Positions 16,232 through 26,661 of a stretch of DNA of 50,975 bases are shown in pieces. The stretch comes from Candidatus Yanofskybacteria bacterium. GTDB taxonomy: Bacteria; Patescibacteriota; Minisyncoccia; 2-02-FULL-40-12; GWA2-44-9. Below the pieces are notes generated by a model. The model ran no database searches. It had not been told where the DNA came from and saw nothing but the letters and a program-made list of their open reading frames with translations. The stretch's first letter is position 1. Every line of letters begins with the position of its first letter. The stretch spans positions 1 through 50,975 of the forward strand of contig PLYL01000022.1 in the NCBI GenBank assembly GCA_003151795.1, read 5' to 3'. Made by a program: the position numbers and the translations under genes.

Positions 16232-18514
16232 ATGCAACTTAAACAAAGACAAAAAATAATTAGCATTGTGGCCCTCGTAGGACTCGTGTCTTTCTTTTTG
16301 CCCACTTATTTTGCCCATGCCTCCTTGTGGGATTATTTAACACCAAGTGGCCTTATAACAACCCTCCTCCAACAAGCTTTTGTTGGGATTAATGGCCTAA
16401 CGGCAGTTACCGCCAATGCCTTATCTCTGGCCGTCGTCGTCCGCGCGGGCGGAAGTATTCCAGTCGTGGCGACAACTTGGAAAATCCTTAGGGATTTCGC
16501 CAACATGTTCTTCATCATCATGCTTATTTATATGGCCTTCGCGACCATCTTTGATCATGGAAAATATACTTTCAAAGATATGATTGTCCGATTTGTGATT
16601 GTCGCGGTTTTAATAAACTTCAGTTTGGTTATCGGCAATATGGTCATTGATGCCAGCCAGGTCTTGGCCAATATTTTCCTGGGCAGTATTGGTAATGTGG
16701 GTAATAGGATTGGTTCACTCCTCAATCCATCCGTGCTGTTTAATGCCGCGAGCGGGGGCGGAATAGATTTTGGCACCGGCGCCAGCGCCGCTTCAATAAC
16801 ATCTCTGCTCTTCGCCATCATCTTGGCTCTGATTTTTCTCTTCAGCTTGCTGGTGGCGACGGTATTCTCAATTGTCCGCATACCAATCATCTGGGGGTTG
16901 CTCATTGTCTCGCCGATTGCCTGGATGAGTCATATCCTCCCGGGAACCAACAAGTGGTGGAGTAAATGGTGGAGTATGTTTTTCGGCTGGAATTTGTTCC
17001 TGCCGGTCTATTTATTTTTTATGTATCTGGGTCTAACCTTCCTCGCCCAGCGCAACCAGATTATAAACGCAGTCATCCAATCTAACAATAGCGGCGTCAA
17101 TCCGGCCAATCTTGGCCTGATAAATGGCCTGGCTAACGGCCTTAGCACAAATCTCACCTTCAATCTTCTATTTTTCTATCTTTTCGCCGCTTTCGTCATG
17201 GTCGGGGGAACCTGGGCCGCCAAAGCAACCACCAGTTTGATGGGTTCTGGTTTTGATAAAGGCCTTGGCTGGGCAAAGAGTTTTGTTAAACGTGTCCCGT
17301 TGCCATACGTCGGCAACTTACAGGCTGGAGAAACCGCGGCCAAAGCGCGCTATGGACAATTCCAGCAAGAAGGATTTAAGCAAGGTGGCTTTATTAACAA
17401 ATGGACTGGTGGCGCGGCAAATAAAGTTTTTGGCGGTGCCGACGCCCAGACTCGCGCCGATGCAAAAGCTGGAGCCAGATTTGGTGTTGAAGGTGCACTG
17501 GAAAAGGGTATCGATATGGAAAAGAAAAGACAAAAACCTTTTACCAATAACATTGAGGAGCTTAAAAAACTTGCCAATACAGGTTCCACCCAACAGAAAA
17601 TCGCCGCACGCATGCGTCTTACCGACTTGGGGGCTTTGGATCCCGCTAGAATAGAAGAAACCTACAGCTGGTTAGGGGGAGATAGAAGCGAAGCGGCAAA
17701 TAAGTATTTGGGTGGTATTGATTTCACCAAGCTTTCTGATAAAGACCGCGAACGTCTCGAGAAGTCGACCAAAATAACCGATATTGAAATTCGCAAAAAG
17801 ATCATCACTGCCATGATTGAGAAAGACAAACTTTCCAAAGATAGAATTGAAGAATTAATAAGAAGCATTGCTATTAACGAGGGGGGTCAAATGCTCAACA
17901 TGGGTCAGCTGAAAGATATTCTTGATAAGGGAAACAAGAAAAACATGCTTGCGGTCGCTAAGGTGAAGTCTGAGATGGGCTTTGAAAGAGACCCATACGA
18001 AAAAGTACTTCAGGATTCACTCAAAAAAATGACCGACGATCAAATATTAGAAACAATGAACGAGTTCAATCTGGCCCCAGGTGCTTCCAATGAATTTACT
18101 GAAGCAATGGAAAAGGTCTTTGAAAAGAATCCTAAGCGCCTAGAATCTCTAGCCGCAAAAGCTGCCGGCGATACCGCCGCGCGACTAGATGAGTTGGCGA
18201 AAGACGCCAAAAGTAAAATAAATGCACCAAAGATTGATAAGGAAGTTAAGAAAAGAGAAAAAGCAGTAGATAGTATACAGGCCGCAGCTACGAAATTAGA
18301 CCAGATTGAAAAACAGATTCGCGGCATGCAAGGCCAGATTGCACTCAACCCGAGTCCAAGTAGCGATGCCAACAAGAGATTCAGAGTAATAATATCCGAT
18401 CTTGAAAAACAGCGTGATGCCAAAAATAACGATGTAAAGTCTCTTAACGAAAAGGTTGAAAAAATAGGTGAAAAAATTGAAGACGTAACCACTGGTACCC
18501 CCACCACACCATGA
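16232..18514 (+). CDS. VirB6/TrbL-like polytopic membrane protein with a coiled-coil tail
   Basis: WKILRDFAN, VAVLINFS, R...IWGLLIVSPIAW...LP; upstream of prgI/virB4. Confidence 0.7.
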   Translation: MQLKQRQKIISIVALVGLVSFFLPTYFAHASLWDYLTPSGLITTLLQQAFVGINGLTAVTANALSLAVVVRAGGSIPVVATTWKILRDFANMFFIIMLIYMAFATIFDHGKYTFKDMIVRFVIVAVLINFSLVIGNMVIDASQVLANIFLGSIGNVGNRIGSLLNPSVLFNAASGGGIDFGTGASAASITSLLFAIILALIFLFSLLVATVFSIVRIPIIWGLLIVSPIAWMSHILPGTNKWWSKWWSMFFGWNLFLPVYLFFMYLGLTFLAQRNQIINAVIQSNNSGVNPANLGLINGLANGLSTNLTFNLLFFYLFAAFVMVGGTWAAKATTSLMGSGFDKGLGWAKSFVKRVPLPYVGNLQAGETAAKARYGQFQQEGFKQGGFINKWTGGAANKVFGGADAQTRADAKAGARFGVEGALEKGIDMEKKRQKPFTNNIEELKKLANTGSTQQKIAARMRLTDLGALDPARIEETYSWLGGDRSEAANKYLGGIDFTKLSDKDRERLEKSTKITDIEIRKKIITAMIEKDKLSKDRIEELIRSIAINEGGQMLNMGQLKDILDKGNKKNMLAVAKVKSEMGFERDPYEKVLQDSLKKMTDDQILETMNEFNLAPGASNEFTEAMEKVFEKNPKRLESLAAKAAGDTAARLDELAKDAKSKINAPKIDKEVKKREKAVDSIQAAATKLDQIEKQIRGMQGQIALNPSPSSDANKRFRVIISDLEKQRDAKNNDVKSLNEKVEKIGEKIEDVTTGTPTTP

Positions 18515-19005
18515 TTTCTTACGAACAATACATAGACTACAGCCCATACTTTGCCCAAATTGATATTGAGGCTCCATCAAGCCGAGCTGAATTTTTGGAA
18601 TTGTTTAATAAAACACCACAGTTAATCAAAAATTGGGTTACATCAACAGAAACAGCCGAACTTTTACTTAACATGGGTATATCATTCAAGCTAGATGAAT
18701 ATGATACTGAAGCTATCGCATATGTTATCAGGCAGATTGTAGTGGGGGAAATACCGCTAATCGAAGCACCAGATACCATCGCCCAAGAAATAAAAATTTC
18801 TCCCAACACGGCACGAGAAATTTTAGGCGCATGCCTTCGAGATATATTGACTCCTGTGCTCGAGGAAGTGAAAAAAATACAAGCCGCACGATTTCCAAAT
18901 ATTACTCCTCAAACAAAGAATCAAAACATGGCAAATCTACAAAAATCTTTTGCTCCATCTGCTGATGTGAACCCATCAAACATTGTCGATCTGCGCACTA
19001 AGTAA
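18511..19005 (+). CDS. Hypothetical protein
   Basis: ATGA overlap with the upstream stop; C-terminal NIVDLR. Confidence 0.75.
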   Translation: MISYEQYIDYSPYFAQIDIEAPSSRAEFLELFNKTPQLIKNWVTSTETAELLLNMGISFKLDEYDTEAIAYVIRQIVVGEIPLIEAPDTIAQEIKISPNTAREILGACLRDILTPVLEEVKKIQAARFPNITPQTKNQNMANLQKSFAPSADVNPSNIVDLRTK

Positions 19006-19022
19006 AACTAAAAAGAGCTCTG

Positions 19023-19535
19023 TCATCGGGACAGAGCTCTGAGTGCCACCTCCTGGTTGGCCCTTGTTTGAGTTTCTTTTTCGGCCAGTCGAGCGGTCTT
19101 ACTGGCTACTTCGGCGGCATCGAACTCGGCGACTAGGCAATCAGCCATTTCGGTCAAGCGTCGGTGCATCATCGGAATCGACCTACAGGGCTTCCACCCC
19201 AAGTTGATGCCGAAAACCCTCGAGAAGTTGAAGAGGACTTCATCTTCATATTCACAGATCTTGACTGTGTCCTTGGGTGGATGTTGGGCATGCTTGAACT
19301 TGCCTTCTACCACCTTGCCGTCACGATAGAATTTCACCTCGGCCGTCACTCGAGAAATGTCTTCCTGTCGAGTTACGAGAACAACTCCCCGGAAAACACC
19401 TTCGGGTACCTGCAGCAGGGTAGTGCATTCTACCGAATCGCGAAAGAACATTTTTCCGATCCGTTTCGACTTCCAGGCAGCCCCCTGCCGAGCTAGCTGA
19501 TCAAAACACTGAAACAACTCCATATCATCCTCCAC
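19023..19535 (-). CDS. Hypothetical protein
   Basis: 170-aa ORF filling the gap, opposite strand to the cluster. Confidence 0.55.
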   Translation of the reverse strand: MEDDMELFQCFDQLARQGAAWKSKRIGKMFFRDSVECTTLLQVPEGVFRGVVLVTRQEDISRVTAEVKFYRDGKVVEGKFKHAQHPPKDTVKICEYEDEVLFNFSRVFGINLGWKPCRSIPMMHRRLTEMADCLVAEFDAAEVASKTARLAEKETQTRANQEVALRALSR

Positions 19536-19632
19536 GCTTAACTACGCCTTTAATCATACTCTAAATTACCACAAAAGTCAAGATGTTGACTAAGTGGGCT
19601 TAAGTTGGGGCTTATTTTGCTATACTTAATCC

Positions 19633-19953
19633 ATGAGATTCCAACTGCCCCAATTCATCGAGACGGAGATAAAGATTATCGGGCCGTTCACGCTCAAGCA
19701 ATTCTTGTGGGTCGCTGCGGGAGCGGTGTTTATATTTTTGGATTTCAGCTTATTCACCGGTCTCATCGCCATTGTCATTGCTGTTCCGATTATCGGCATT
19801 GCCGGAGCGTTCGCGTTCTTGAGAATCGACGACATGCCGTTAATTAACTACTTCGCCAACATGCTTTCGTTCTCCTTCGGCAGTAAGAAGTATCTATACC
19901 GAGACGAACAACAAATGAGCAATGAGCAGGGACCAATGAACATACGCAAATGA
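19633..19953 (+). CDS. PrgI family membrane protein
   Basis: MRFQLPQFIETEIKIIGPFTLKQF plus two TMs. Confidence 0.88.
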   Translation: MRFQLPQFIETEIKIIGPFTLKQFLWVAAGAVFIFLDFSLFTGLIAIVIAVPIIGIAGAFAFLRIDDMPLINYFANMLSFSFGSKKYLYRDEQQMSNEQGPMNIRK

Positions 19954-20022
19954 GTAACCTACTTTTCAATGGTACAATTAAAGACGTGCGGTGTTCATTG
20001 TTCATTGTTCACTATAATTCCT

Positions 20023-20670
20023 ATGGCTACTAAATCAACCAAAGATCTTGTTTCAATCGCGGACATTAAAGACAGCATCGTCTTGCTTAAGAACGGCTCC
20101 CTGCGTGCCGTCATCGAAGTTTCGGCGGTTAATTTTGAATTGCGCTCCGAAGAAGAGCAGACCGGCATCCTCCAAAATTTTCAAAGATTTTTAAACTCGA
20201 TTGATTTTCCGTTGCAGATGATTGTCAATTCCCGCCAACTGAATATGGATGAATACTTGAAAAAAGTCGATGCCGTCGCCGAATCCGCCACCAATGAACT
20301 CCTCAAAATCCAAGCCATTGAATACAGCAAATTCGTCAAAGAATTGCTCGAACTCTCCAACATCATGACCAAGCATTTTTATGTCGTCTTGCCGTTCTAT
20401 GTCTACGAAACACCGACCAAGACCGGGCTTTTGGAAACCGCCAAAGGCTTGTTCAGCAAATCGCAAACGGTTGTCCAAATTAAACCCGAACAGCTCGAAA
20501 CATACCGGACTCAACTAATGCAACGGGCGGAATTGATTCTCGACGGCCTAATTGGCATCGGCTTGAAAGCTCGAATGATGGAAGGCCAGGAAATAAACAA
20601 TTTATATTACAGTTTGTATAATCCCGGCGAAAAGATGACCGTCAATGCGCCCGATAAATTGCCCGCCTAA
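20023..20670 (+). CDS. VirB4-associated (TraC-like) protein
   Basis: AVNFELRSEEEQ, FLNSIDFPLQ, FYVVLP; lies between prgI and virB4; start moved to MATK. Confidence 0.75.
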   Translation: MATKSTKDLVSIADIKDSIVLLKNGSLRAVIEVSAVNFELRSEEEQTGILQNFQRFLNSIDFPLQMIVNSRQLNMDEYLKKVDAVAESATNELLKIQAIEYSKFVKELLELSNIMTKHFYVVLPFYVYETPTKTGLLETAKGLFSKSQTVVQIKPEQLETYRTQLMQRAELILDGLIGIGLKARMMEGQEINNLYYSLYNPGEKMTVNAPDKLPA

Positions 20671-20672
20671 AT

Positions 20673-22427
20673 ATGGCTGATAATCTCACCCAACAACCCC
20701 AGACTCTGCCTGAAACGCTCGCCCCGGCGGCGATGTCGGTGTCTTCGAATTATATCCAAATCGGGCCGAAATTCGCTCGGACGATTTTTCTGGCCACCTA
20801 TCCGCGCTATTTAAACACCAATTGGCTTTCGCCGATTATTAACCTCGACCGCGCTTTTGACGCGGCAATATTTGTCCATCCTAAGAGTACTTCCACCATG
20901 CTCAAGCAGCTGCGCGACCAGCTCGCGCGCTTGCAGGCTCAAGCCATGGAAGAAGCCTCCAAAGGCAAAGTCCGCGACCCGATTCTGGAAACGGCCATGG
21001 GCGACATTGAAGCCTTGCGCGATAAGCTCCAGCAGGGGACCGATAAATTCTTCGAGCTCGGCGTCTATATCACGATTTATGAAAGCAGCGTCAAAGAACT
21101 CGACGATACCGAGATTAAGATTAAAGGTTTACTGGAATACCAGCTGATTTTTGCCAAGCCGGCGACGTTCCGCATGATGGAAGGTTTTAATTCCACGCTC
21201 CCCACGGACGATGACCGCCTCAATGTCCACACTTCTCTCAACACCGAGCCTTTATCCTCGCTCTTCCCGTTTATTTCTTTTGACCTCACTTCCAACTCCG
21301 GCATTCTCTACGGCATCAACACCCACAACAACTCGCTGGTTTTGTTCGACCGGTTCAAACTCGAAAACTACAATTCGGTCGTCTTCGGCAAGTCCGGCGG
21401 AGGCAAAAGCTATACCATTAAACTCGAGATTCTGCGCAGCCTCGTCTTTGGGACCCAGGTTTTAATCATCGACCCTGAAGACGAATACAAATATCTGGCC
21501 GATACCGTCGGCGGTTCGCCCGTTAAAATATCCATTAATTCCGACCAGCATATCAATCCGTTTGATTTGCCCGCCCCCAAAGAGGGGGAACTGGGCGCCG
21601 ACATCTTCCGCTCCCACATTCTCGATCTTTCCGGTCTGATGAAATTGATTTTAGGCACGCTCACGCCCGAAGAATCGGCCATTCTCGACGAAGCCCTTAT
21701 TCAGACCTACGCCATCAAAGATATTTCGCCCGAATCCGACTTCACTAAGTTGCCCCCGCCGGTCTTGGGCGACCTTCAGAGCATTCTCGAAGGCTTGACC
21801 GGCGCCGAATCCATGGCCACGCGCCTCAAGAAATACACTTCGGGCACCTTCGCTGGATTTTTGAATCAGCCGACTAACGTCCCGCTCGATAACCCCATGA
21901 TTGTGTTCGGTATCCGCGATATGGAAGAAGAGCTGCGTCCGATTGCCATGTATCTCATCTTAAATTTTATCTGGGTCAAGGTTCGGCGTGATATTAAACA
22001 AAGAATTATCCTCGTCGACGAGGCCTGGGTACTGATGAAATACGAAGTCGGGGCCAATTTCTTGTCTAACATCGCCAAGCGCTGCCGCAAATATTTCACA
22101 GGCCTGACAACTATTTCCCAAGACATTCCCGATTTCCTCGCCAGTCCGCAGGGCAAGACTATTCTCACCAACTCATCCATTCAAATTCTGATGAAACAGT
22201 CGCCGGCGGCGATTGATATCGTCCAACAAACCTTCAATCTCACCGACGCCGAGAAATTCTATATCCTCGAAGCCCGGGTCGGCTTCGGTTTATTCTTCCT
22301 CGGCCAAAATCATATCGGCATCCGCATCGTCGCTTCCTACGCCGAAGACCAAATCATCACCTCCGATCCGCGCCAAATTATCGAAATCGAAAAAGCCAAA
22401 GAAGAGTGGGCCCAGATCCAGAAATAA
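20673..22427 (+). CDS. VirB4-like ATPase
   Basis: GKSGGGKS Walker A, IIDPEDEY, INPFD, VDEAW, KRCRKY, SQD. Confidence 0.9.
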   Translation: MADNLTQQPQTLPETLAPAAMSVSSNYIQIGPKFARTIFLATYPRYLNTNWLSPIINLDRAFDAAIFVHPKSTSTMLKQLRDQLARLQAQAMEEASKGKVRDPILETAMGDIEALRDKLQQGTDKFFELGVYITIYESSVKELDDTEIKIKGLLEYQLIFAKPATFRMMEGFNSTLPTDDDRLNVHTSLNTEPLSSLFPFISFDLTSNSGILYGINTHNNSLVLFDRFKLENYNSVVFGKSGGGKSYTIKLEILRSLVFGTQVLIIDPEDEYKYLADTVGGSPVKISINSDQHINPFDLPAPKEGELGADIFRSHILDLSGLMKLILGTLTPEESAILDEALIQTYAIKDISPESDFTKLPPPVLGDLQSILEGLTGAESMATRLKKYTSGTFAGFLNQPTNVPLDNPMIVFGIRDMEEELRPIAMYLILNFIWVKVRRDIKQRIILVDEAWVLMKYEVGANFLSNIAKRCRKYFTGLTTISQDIPDFLASPQGKTILTNSSIQILMKQSPAAIDIVQQTFNLTDAEKFYILEARVGFGLFFLGQNHIGIRIVASYAEDQIITSDPRQIIEIEKAKEEWAQIQK

Positions 22428-22438
22428 CTTCCAATGCC

Positions 22439-22897
22439 ATGCCCACCGAAGAAGATATTATTAAACTTAATCTCGACCGTCAGCGCCGAGCTTATCAGGC
22501 TAGACAGCTTGAAAGCGAAGCGGAGGATGAGCAGAGCACAGCCGAGAGACCAAACCAGATGGGCTGGATTGTTTTTCTAATTGCTTTAGCTTTTACGTTT
22601 ACTCAATTGGGGATTGAGGCGATAACCGGCGGGACAATCGGTTTCATTTTATGTGCGCCAATTAGTGTCGTTCTGTGGTTTATGATGCGTCCGTATACCA
22701 AGTCCCTCAAAGCAGCCAAATTTATTGTCGGCACGTCTTTAGTCGTCGATTCACTGCCATTCATCGGCTTGCTTCCGGTCGATATTGTGGCCATAATATA
22801 CGTGTTCGTAAAATCCCGAAGCGCTTTGGCCGAACATCTGGCGAATCTGGCCGAAAAACGCCAAAACAAACAAGAACCGCTCCAAATAGCCGCCTAA
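22439..22897 (+). CDS. Small membrane protein
   Basis: Hydrophobic segments and DSLPFIGLLP; start taken at MPTEE. Confidence 0.7.
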   Translation: MPTEEDIIKLNLDRQRRAYQARQLESEAEDEQSTAERPNQMGWIVFLIALAFTFTQLGIEAITGGTIGFILCAPISVVLWFMMRPYTKSLKAAKFIVGTSLVVDSLPFIGLLPVDIVAIIYVFVKSRSALAEHLANLAEKRQNKQEPLQIAA

Positions 22898-22908
22898 TCC
22901 CGCCCGCA

Positions 22909-23991
22909 ATGACTAGCCAAAAGCAATTAATTATCTTAATCGTCATTACAGCCTCGCTGACCTCCTTTTTGGTAGGCTACTTGCTGACCCAGCCTTCCAG
23001 GCAAAGCGCCGACGTCGTCCAGCAACAGCGCGGCGCGCTGATTGACCGCTTCAGCAGCGTGACCGACAGCTCCACGCCGACTCCGCTGCCGCCGGGACTT
23101 CTTCAGGCGACCACGGATGCCGCCCTCGCCTCCGCCAACGCGCCCGATAGCGACGCGGTGCTCTATTATCACCCTGACAATGGCCATGTGTCGAAGCTCG
23201 ACCTTGAAACTCGGCTCAACACGGTCATCTCCTCTGCCCAACTGACCGGCCTCACGGACGTGATTTGGTCGCCGGATAAAAATCGGGTGATTACGGTCTC
23301 GCGAAGCGCCAAAGGGCCGGTTTATAAATATTTCGATTATACTACCCATGAGAACGGCTTGTTGGGCGCCAATATTAAAGACGCCGTCTTTTCACCCGAC
23401 AGCCAGCGGGTGGCTCTCGTCCGTTCGCTAGGGGATGAAAGCGATATTGAGATTGCCGATTTTGACGGCAAAAATTCCCAAACAATCTCTAAGACCCACC
23501 TCGCCAATATCCACCTCTCCTGGCCCAGCGACCATCTCCTCTCGTTTATCGCCGATGACGCCGGTACCGGTACCCAGTCGCTTTACACGCTGACCGAAAG
23601 CGGCGATCTCGGCGCTCTGGTCGACGGACAGAATAATATTTCCGCCCGATGGTCGCCCGATGGTTCGAAATTCTTATATTCGGACCAAGAAAACGGAAGC
23701 GTTGTCTTGCGTCTTTTCGATATTGCTTCCCAACAAGCCCAAGACGTGCCATTTCAAACAACCGCCACCAATTGCGCCTGGCTCCTGGACCAACGCTCGG
23801 CCATCTGCGCCGTCGAAGCCCAAGGCGAGACCTCGATTGATCAAATAACCTTTGCCGATCTCTCGACAAAAACCCTCTTCTCCAACCTCATCATCTCGCC
23901 CCAAGAAGTCTTCCTGTCCCACCTCGAAGATTTCCTCATCCTGACCAGCGCCGGCGACCAAAGCCTCTGGGAACTCAAGCTCGCTCAGTAA
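22909..23991 (+). CDS. Membrane-anchored TolB/WD40-like beta-propeller protein
   Basis: N-terminal TM; WSPDK, FSPDS, WSPDG repeats; start taken at MTSQK. Confidence 0.8.
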   Translation: MTSQKQLIILIVITASLTSFLVGYLLTQPSRQSADVVQQQRGALIDRFSSVTDSSTPTPLPPGLLQATTDAALASANAPDSDAVLYYHPDNGHVSKLDLETRLNTVISSAQLTGLTDVIWSPDKNRVITVSRSAKGPVYKYFDYTTHENGLLGANIKDAVFSPDSQRVALVRSLGDESDIEIADFDGKNSQTISKTHLANIHLSWPSDHLLSFIADDAGTGTQSLYTLTESGDLGALVDGQNNISARWSPDGSKFLYSDQENGSVVLRLFDIASQQAQDVPFQTTATNCAWLLDQRSAICAVEAQGETSIDQITFADLSTKTLFSNLIISPQEVFLSHLEDFLILTSAGDQSLWELKLAQ

Positions 23992-24198
23992 TTAGGGTTT
24001 TCTCACGGCTTCCTCTTGGACTAGTCCTAAAAATTATCTCTCATTTCTCTGGCCGCCCGGGATTACCCTTGTCGGGCCATGTGGTTTTCCTTTCAGGAAA
24101 GCCCATTCCCGACATTCCCGGCTCGGTTCCCAGAGAAATCTCTATATAATTTTTGAACTAGTTTCCAATCGTGCAGATTGTGAGAAAACCCTAATTAC
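23988..24198. repeat. Long imperfect hairpin with 19-bp perfect terminal inverted repeats
   Basis: gtaattagggttttctcac / gtgagaaaaccctaattac plus nested inner arms. Confidence 0.85.
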
Positions 24199-24423
24199 CT
24201 CGCTCGTATTTTTTGGAATTAAAAGAGGCCGTCGCGAGATGCAACGGCCTTATTTCCGAAGCGGCTATTGCCGCGGTTTTGGAAATGGTTTGCCGACATT
24301 ACTGAAGCTTTCGAGGATGCAGGGTCCAGCAGGACCTGTACTCACTTCAGTATTTCCATTATAGCAAACTGGTATAGATTGTCAAGCCCTCGTAAAAATG
24401 GCTCAAAACAAGGGTTTTTTAAT

Positions 24424-24637
24424 GAGTGGGGTTAAGCTAATTTTTCTCACTCCGCAGGCAAGAAAATCTTTGAAAGCGAAATCGTATTGATTCAATAATC
24501 ATAGGTCAAGCCACTTAGCTTTAGCTAAGCATAGGTAGAGGCGCGGGTTACCTGTGATTATTGAGTATCAATACTGATTGAGGTGAGAAGATTTCTGAAG
24601 CCGAGGACCAGGGAGAAAAATTAGATTAACCTCACTC
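24424..24637. repeat. Long imperfect rod-like hairpin
   Basis: gagtggggttaagctaatttttctc / gagaaaaattagattaacctcactc; gtattgattcaataatcataggt / acctgtgattattgagtatcaatac. Confidence 0.8.
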
Positions 24638-24638
24638 T

Positions 24639-25115
24639 CTATGAGCGGTATGGCTTCACCACAATCCGGCGTTGGGGTTCTTGGCCGATGGACTCGGTGG
24701 TGATGTCGGATATGGAGGCGAGTTCCATGTGGACGATCCGGCGCTCGTAGGGAGACATGGGGGTGAGGGCTTCAGCGCGCTGGGTGTTGCGAACGCGCAG
24801 AACGGCTTCTTTGGCAAGGGTGGCGACATGGTTGGCTCGGGACTTCTTATAATCATTCACGTCGACGAACAAAGTCATGCCCTGATCTTTCTTTAATAAC
24901 AGGCTCCGCACGACATGCTCGAGGGCTTGGAGATTTTGGCCGTTCTTGCCAATCAGAAACTTAGCATCTTCGGGCGCGGAAATCGAAGCAAAGACAATTT
25001 CTTTTTCTCCGGCTTTTTCTTCGCGGACATCAACCTCGCACGCCACATTCATGGGCAGGATAATCCGTTTGATGGTTTCGGAGATATTATTCTTTTGTTC
25101 AGTGGTTAGACTCAT
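24639..25115 (-). CDS. jag: KH plus R3H RNA-binding protein (Jag/EloR/KhpB-like)
   Basis: LIGKNGQNLQALE, DVNDY, ERRIVH, ESIGQEPQRRIVV; downstream of yidC. Confidence 0.88.
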   Translation of the reverse strand: MSLTTEQKNNISETIKRIILPMNVACEVDVREEKAGEKEIVFASISAPEDAKFLIGKNGQNLQALEHVVRSLLLKKDQGMTLFVDVNDYKKSRANHVATLAKEAVLRVRNTQRAEALTPMSPYERRIVHMELASISDITTESIGQEPQRRIVVKPYRS

Positions 25116-25122
25116 TATCGTA

Positions 25123-25827
25123 TTATTTGGTTCGGCGCAGATAAAATTGTTCTCCGATTGAAAACAAGGTCGTCGTTATCCAGTATAGTATCAGACCGGC
25201 CTGAAGATTCCAACCGATGATGACAATCATGACGGGGAAGAAATACAGCATCTGGGTGTTGAGAGCGGCCATCTGGGGATTAGCCCCGCCGCTGGATTTC
25301 ATATAGGCCATGCTTTGCTTGGCCTGGATGAATTGCAACACCCCGGCCAGCACGGCCAGAACAACATTCCGGCCGGCAATACTGATAAATCCAAGAAAGA
25401 ACGGGTTGATGGCGCCGGGATTGTGCACAAACGGATAGAGCATCGCGAGGCTTTGCGGATTGAGGCCGGCTATAAAAACCCGGTAGAGAGTAATGAGAAT
25501 GGGAAGCTGAATCAGTAAAGGCAAGCACCCGGCGATGGGATTGATGTTGTGCTCCTTGTAGAGTTGCATCATGGCCGCGCCTTGGGCAGCTTGGTCGTGT
25601 TTGTGTTTTTCTTTGATGGCCTGGATGTGGGGATTAATCGCGTTTAAAGCTTTTTGGGAACGCTGGGACTTAATCGAAAGGGGGAAGAATAGAAAACGGA
25701 TTACAATCGTCAGAATAATGATGCTCAAGCCCAAATCGTGATTTGGTATAAAATTAGAAAAGAAAATCAGCGCGTTAAAGAGCGGTATATAGAGAACAAT
25801 CTTAAAAAATTCGAATATGGTGCTCAT
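25123..25827 (-). CDS. yidC: Membrane protein insertase
   Basis: LSIIILTIVIR, INPIAGCLPLLIQLPIL, GLILYW. Confidence 0.93.
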   Translation of the reverse strand: MSTIFEFFKIVLYIPLFNALIFFSNFIPNHDLGLSIIILTIVIRFLFFPLSIKSQRSQKALNAINPHIQAIKEKHKHDQAAQGAAMMQLYKEHNINPIAGCLPLLIQLPILITLYRVFIAGLNPQSLAMLYPFVHNPGAINPFFLGFISIAGRNVVLAVLAGVLQFIQAKQSMAYMKSSGGANPQMAALNTQMLYFFPVMIVIIGWNLQAGLILYWITTTLFSIGEQFYLRRTK

Positions 25828-25939
25828 CCCGTAGGAAATCGTAGGAACAGGCCAGACGTTATAGTGAGACACTGATGCTACGATATTATACTTAGTGTTT
25901 AACCTTCAAACCCGCTAGGGCGACTTCTGACGGGACTCA

Positions 25940-26170
25940 TTAGGGATAGTCGACACCGCCCGAGCCGAAGGGATTACAGCGGATAATACGGCCGAGGGCC
26001 TTCCACGAACCTTTGATTACGCCGTACTTCTGAACGGCCAGTTCGGCGTATTCGGAACAGGAAGGATGAAACTTGCAGGTGGTGTAGGCAAAACCAGGCA
26101 CTTGGGCCGAGCGAAACCACGCTGTTACTCGGCGATAGAAACGAATGCAGGCGAGAACGGGATTCGTCAT
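25940..26170 (-). CDS. yidD: Membrane protein insertion efficiency factor
   Basis: CKFHPSCSEY, RIIRCNPFGSGGVDYP. Confidence 0.93.
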   Translation of the reverse strand: MTNPVLACIRFYRRVTAWFRSAQVPGFAYTTCKFHPSCSEYAELAVQKYGVIKGSWKALGRIIRCNPFGSGGVDYP

Positions 26171-26505
26171 ATGAATCGAGCCTGGCGCAACGTGGCGACG
26201 AAATCGTCCCGAATAACCGAGATGTCAGCCGGAATCTTTTTCGTTACCACTACTACGGTATCGCATGATGGCATGTTGGGCAAGCGATCGGGCCAAATAA
26301 CATCGGCTAAGAGCCGGCGAACTTTATTCCGAAGCACGGCTTTGGGAGCGAATTTGGCGGCGACGATAAAACCAAAGCGGGGATAGCCGCGAGACGATGG
26401 GAGTGCTTTCAGAAACAAAAAGGAGCCGTTCAGAGCCTTTCCTTTTTTAAAAACGGCGTCGAAATCCTTTTTGTTCTTGAGGCGATTCTTGGTCGGGAGA
26501 GCCAT
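26167..26505 (-). CDS. rnpA: RNase P protein component
   Basis: RLKNKKDFDAVFKKG, RFGFIV, KAVLRNKVRR. Confidence 0.92.
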   Translation of the reverse strand: MALPTKNRLKNKKDFDAVFKKGKALNGSFLFLKALPSSRGYPRFGFIVAAKFAPKAVLRNKVRRLLADVIWPDRLPNMPSCDTVVVVTKKIPADISVIRDDFVATLRQARFI

Positions 26506-26514
26506 ACGACAGCG

Positions 26515-26661
26515 CTAGACGGTCAACTTTTTGCGGCCTTTGCGCCGACGGCGGGCGAGAACAGTGCGGCCGTTTTTGGTGTGCATGCGAGACAAAAAAC
26601 CATGCTTTCTTTTGCGCTTGGCTTTTTTAGGGTTGTAAGTGAGGGCGAGTGATTTAGACAT
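26515..26661 (-). CDS. rpmH: 50S ribosomal protein L34 (absent from the ORF track)
   Basis: Hand translation [48 protein letters not shown]. Confidence 0.95.
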   Translation of the reverse strand: MSKSLALTYNPKKAKRKRKHGFLSRMHTKNGRTVLARRRRKGRKKLTV

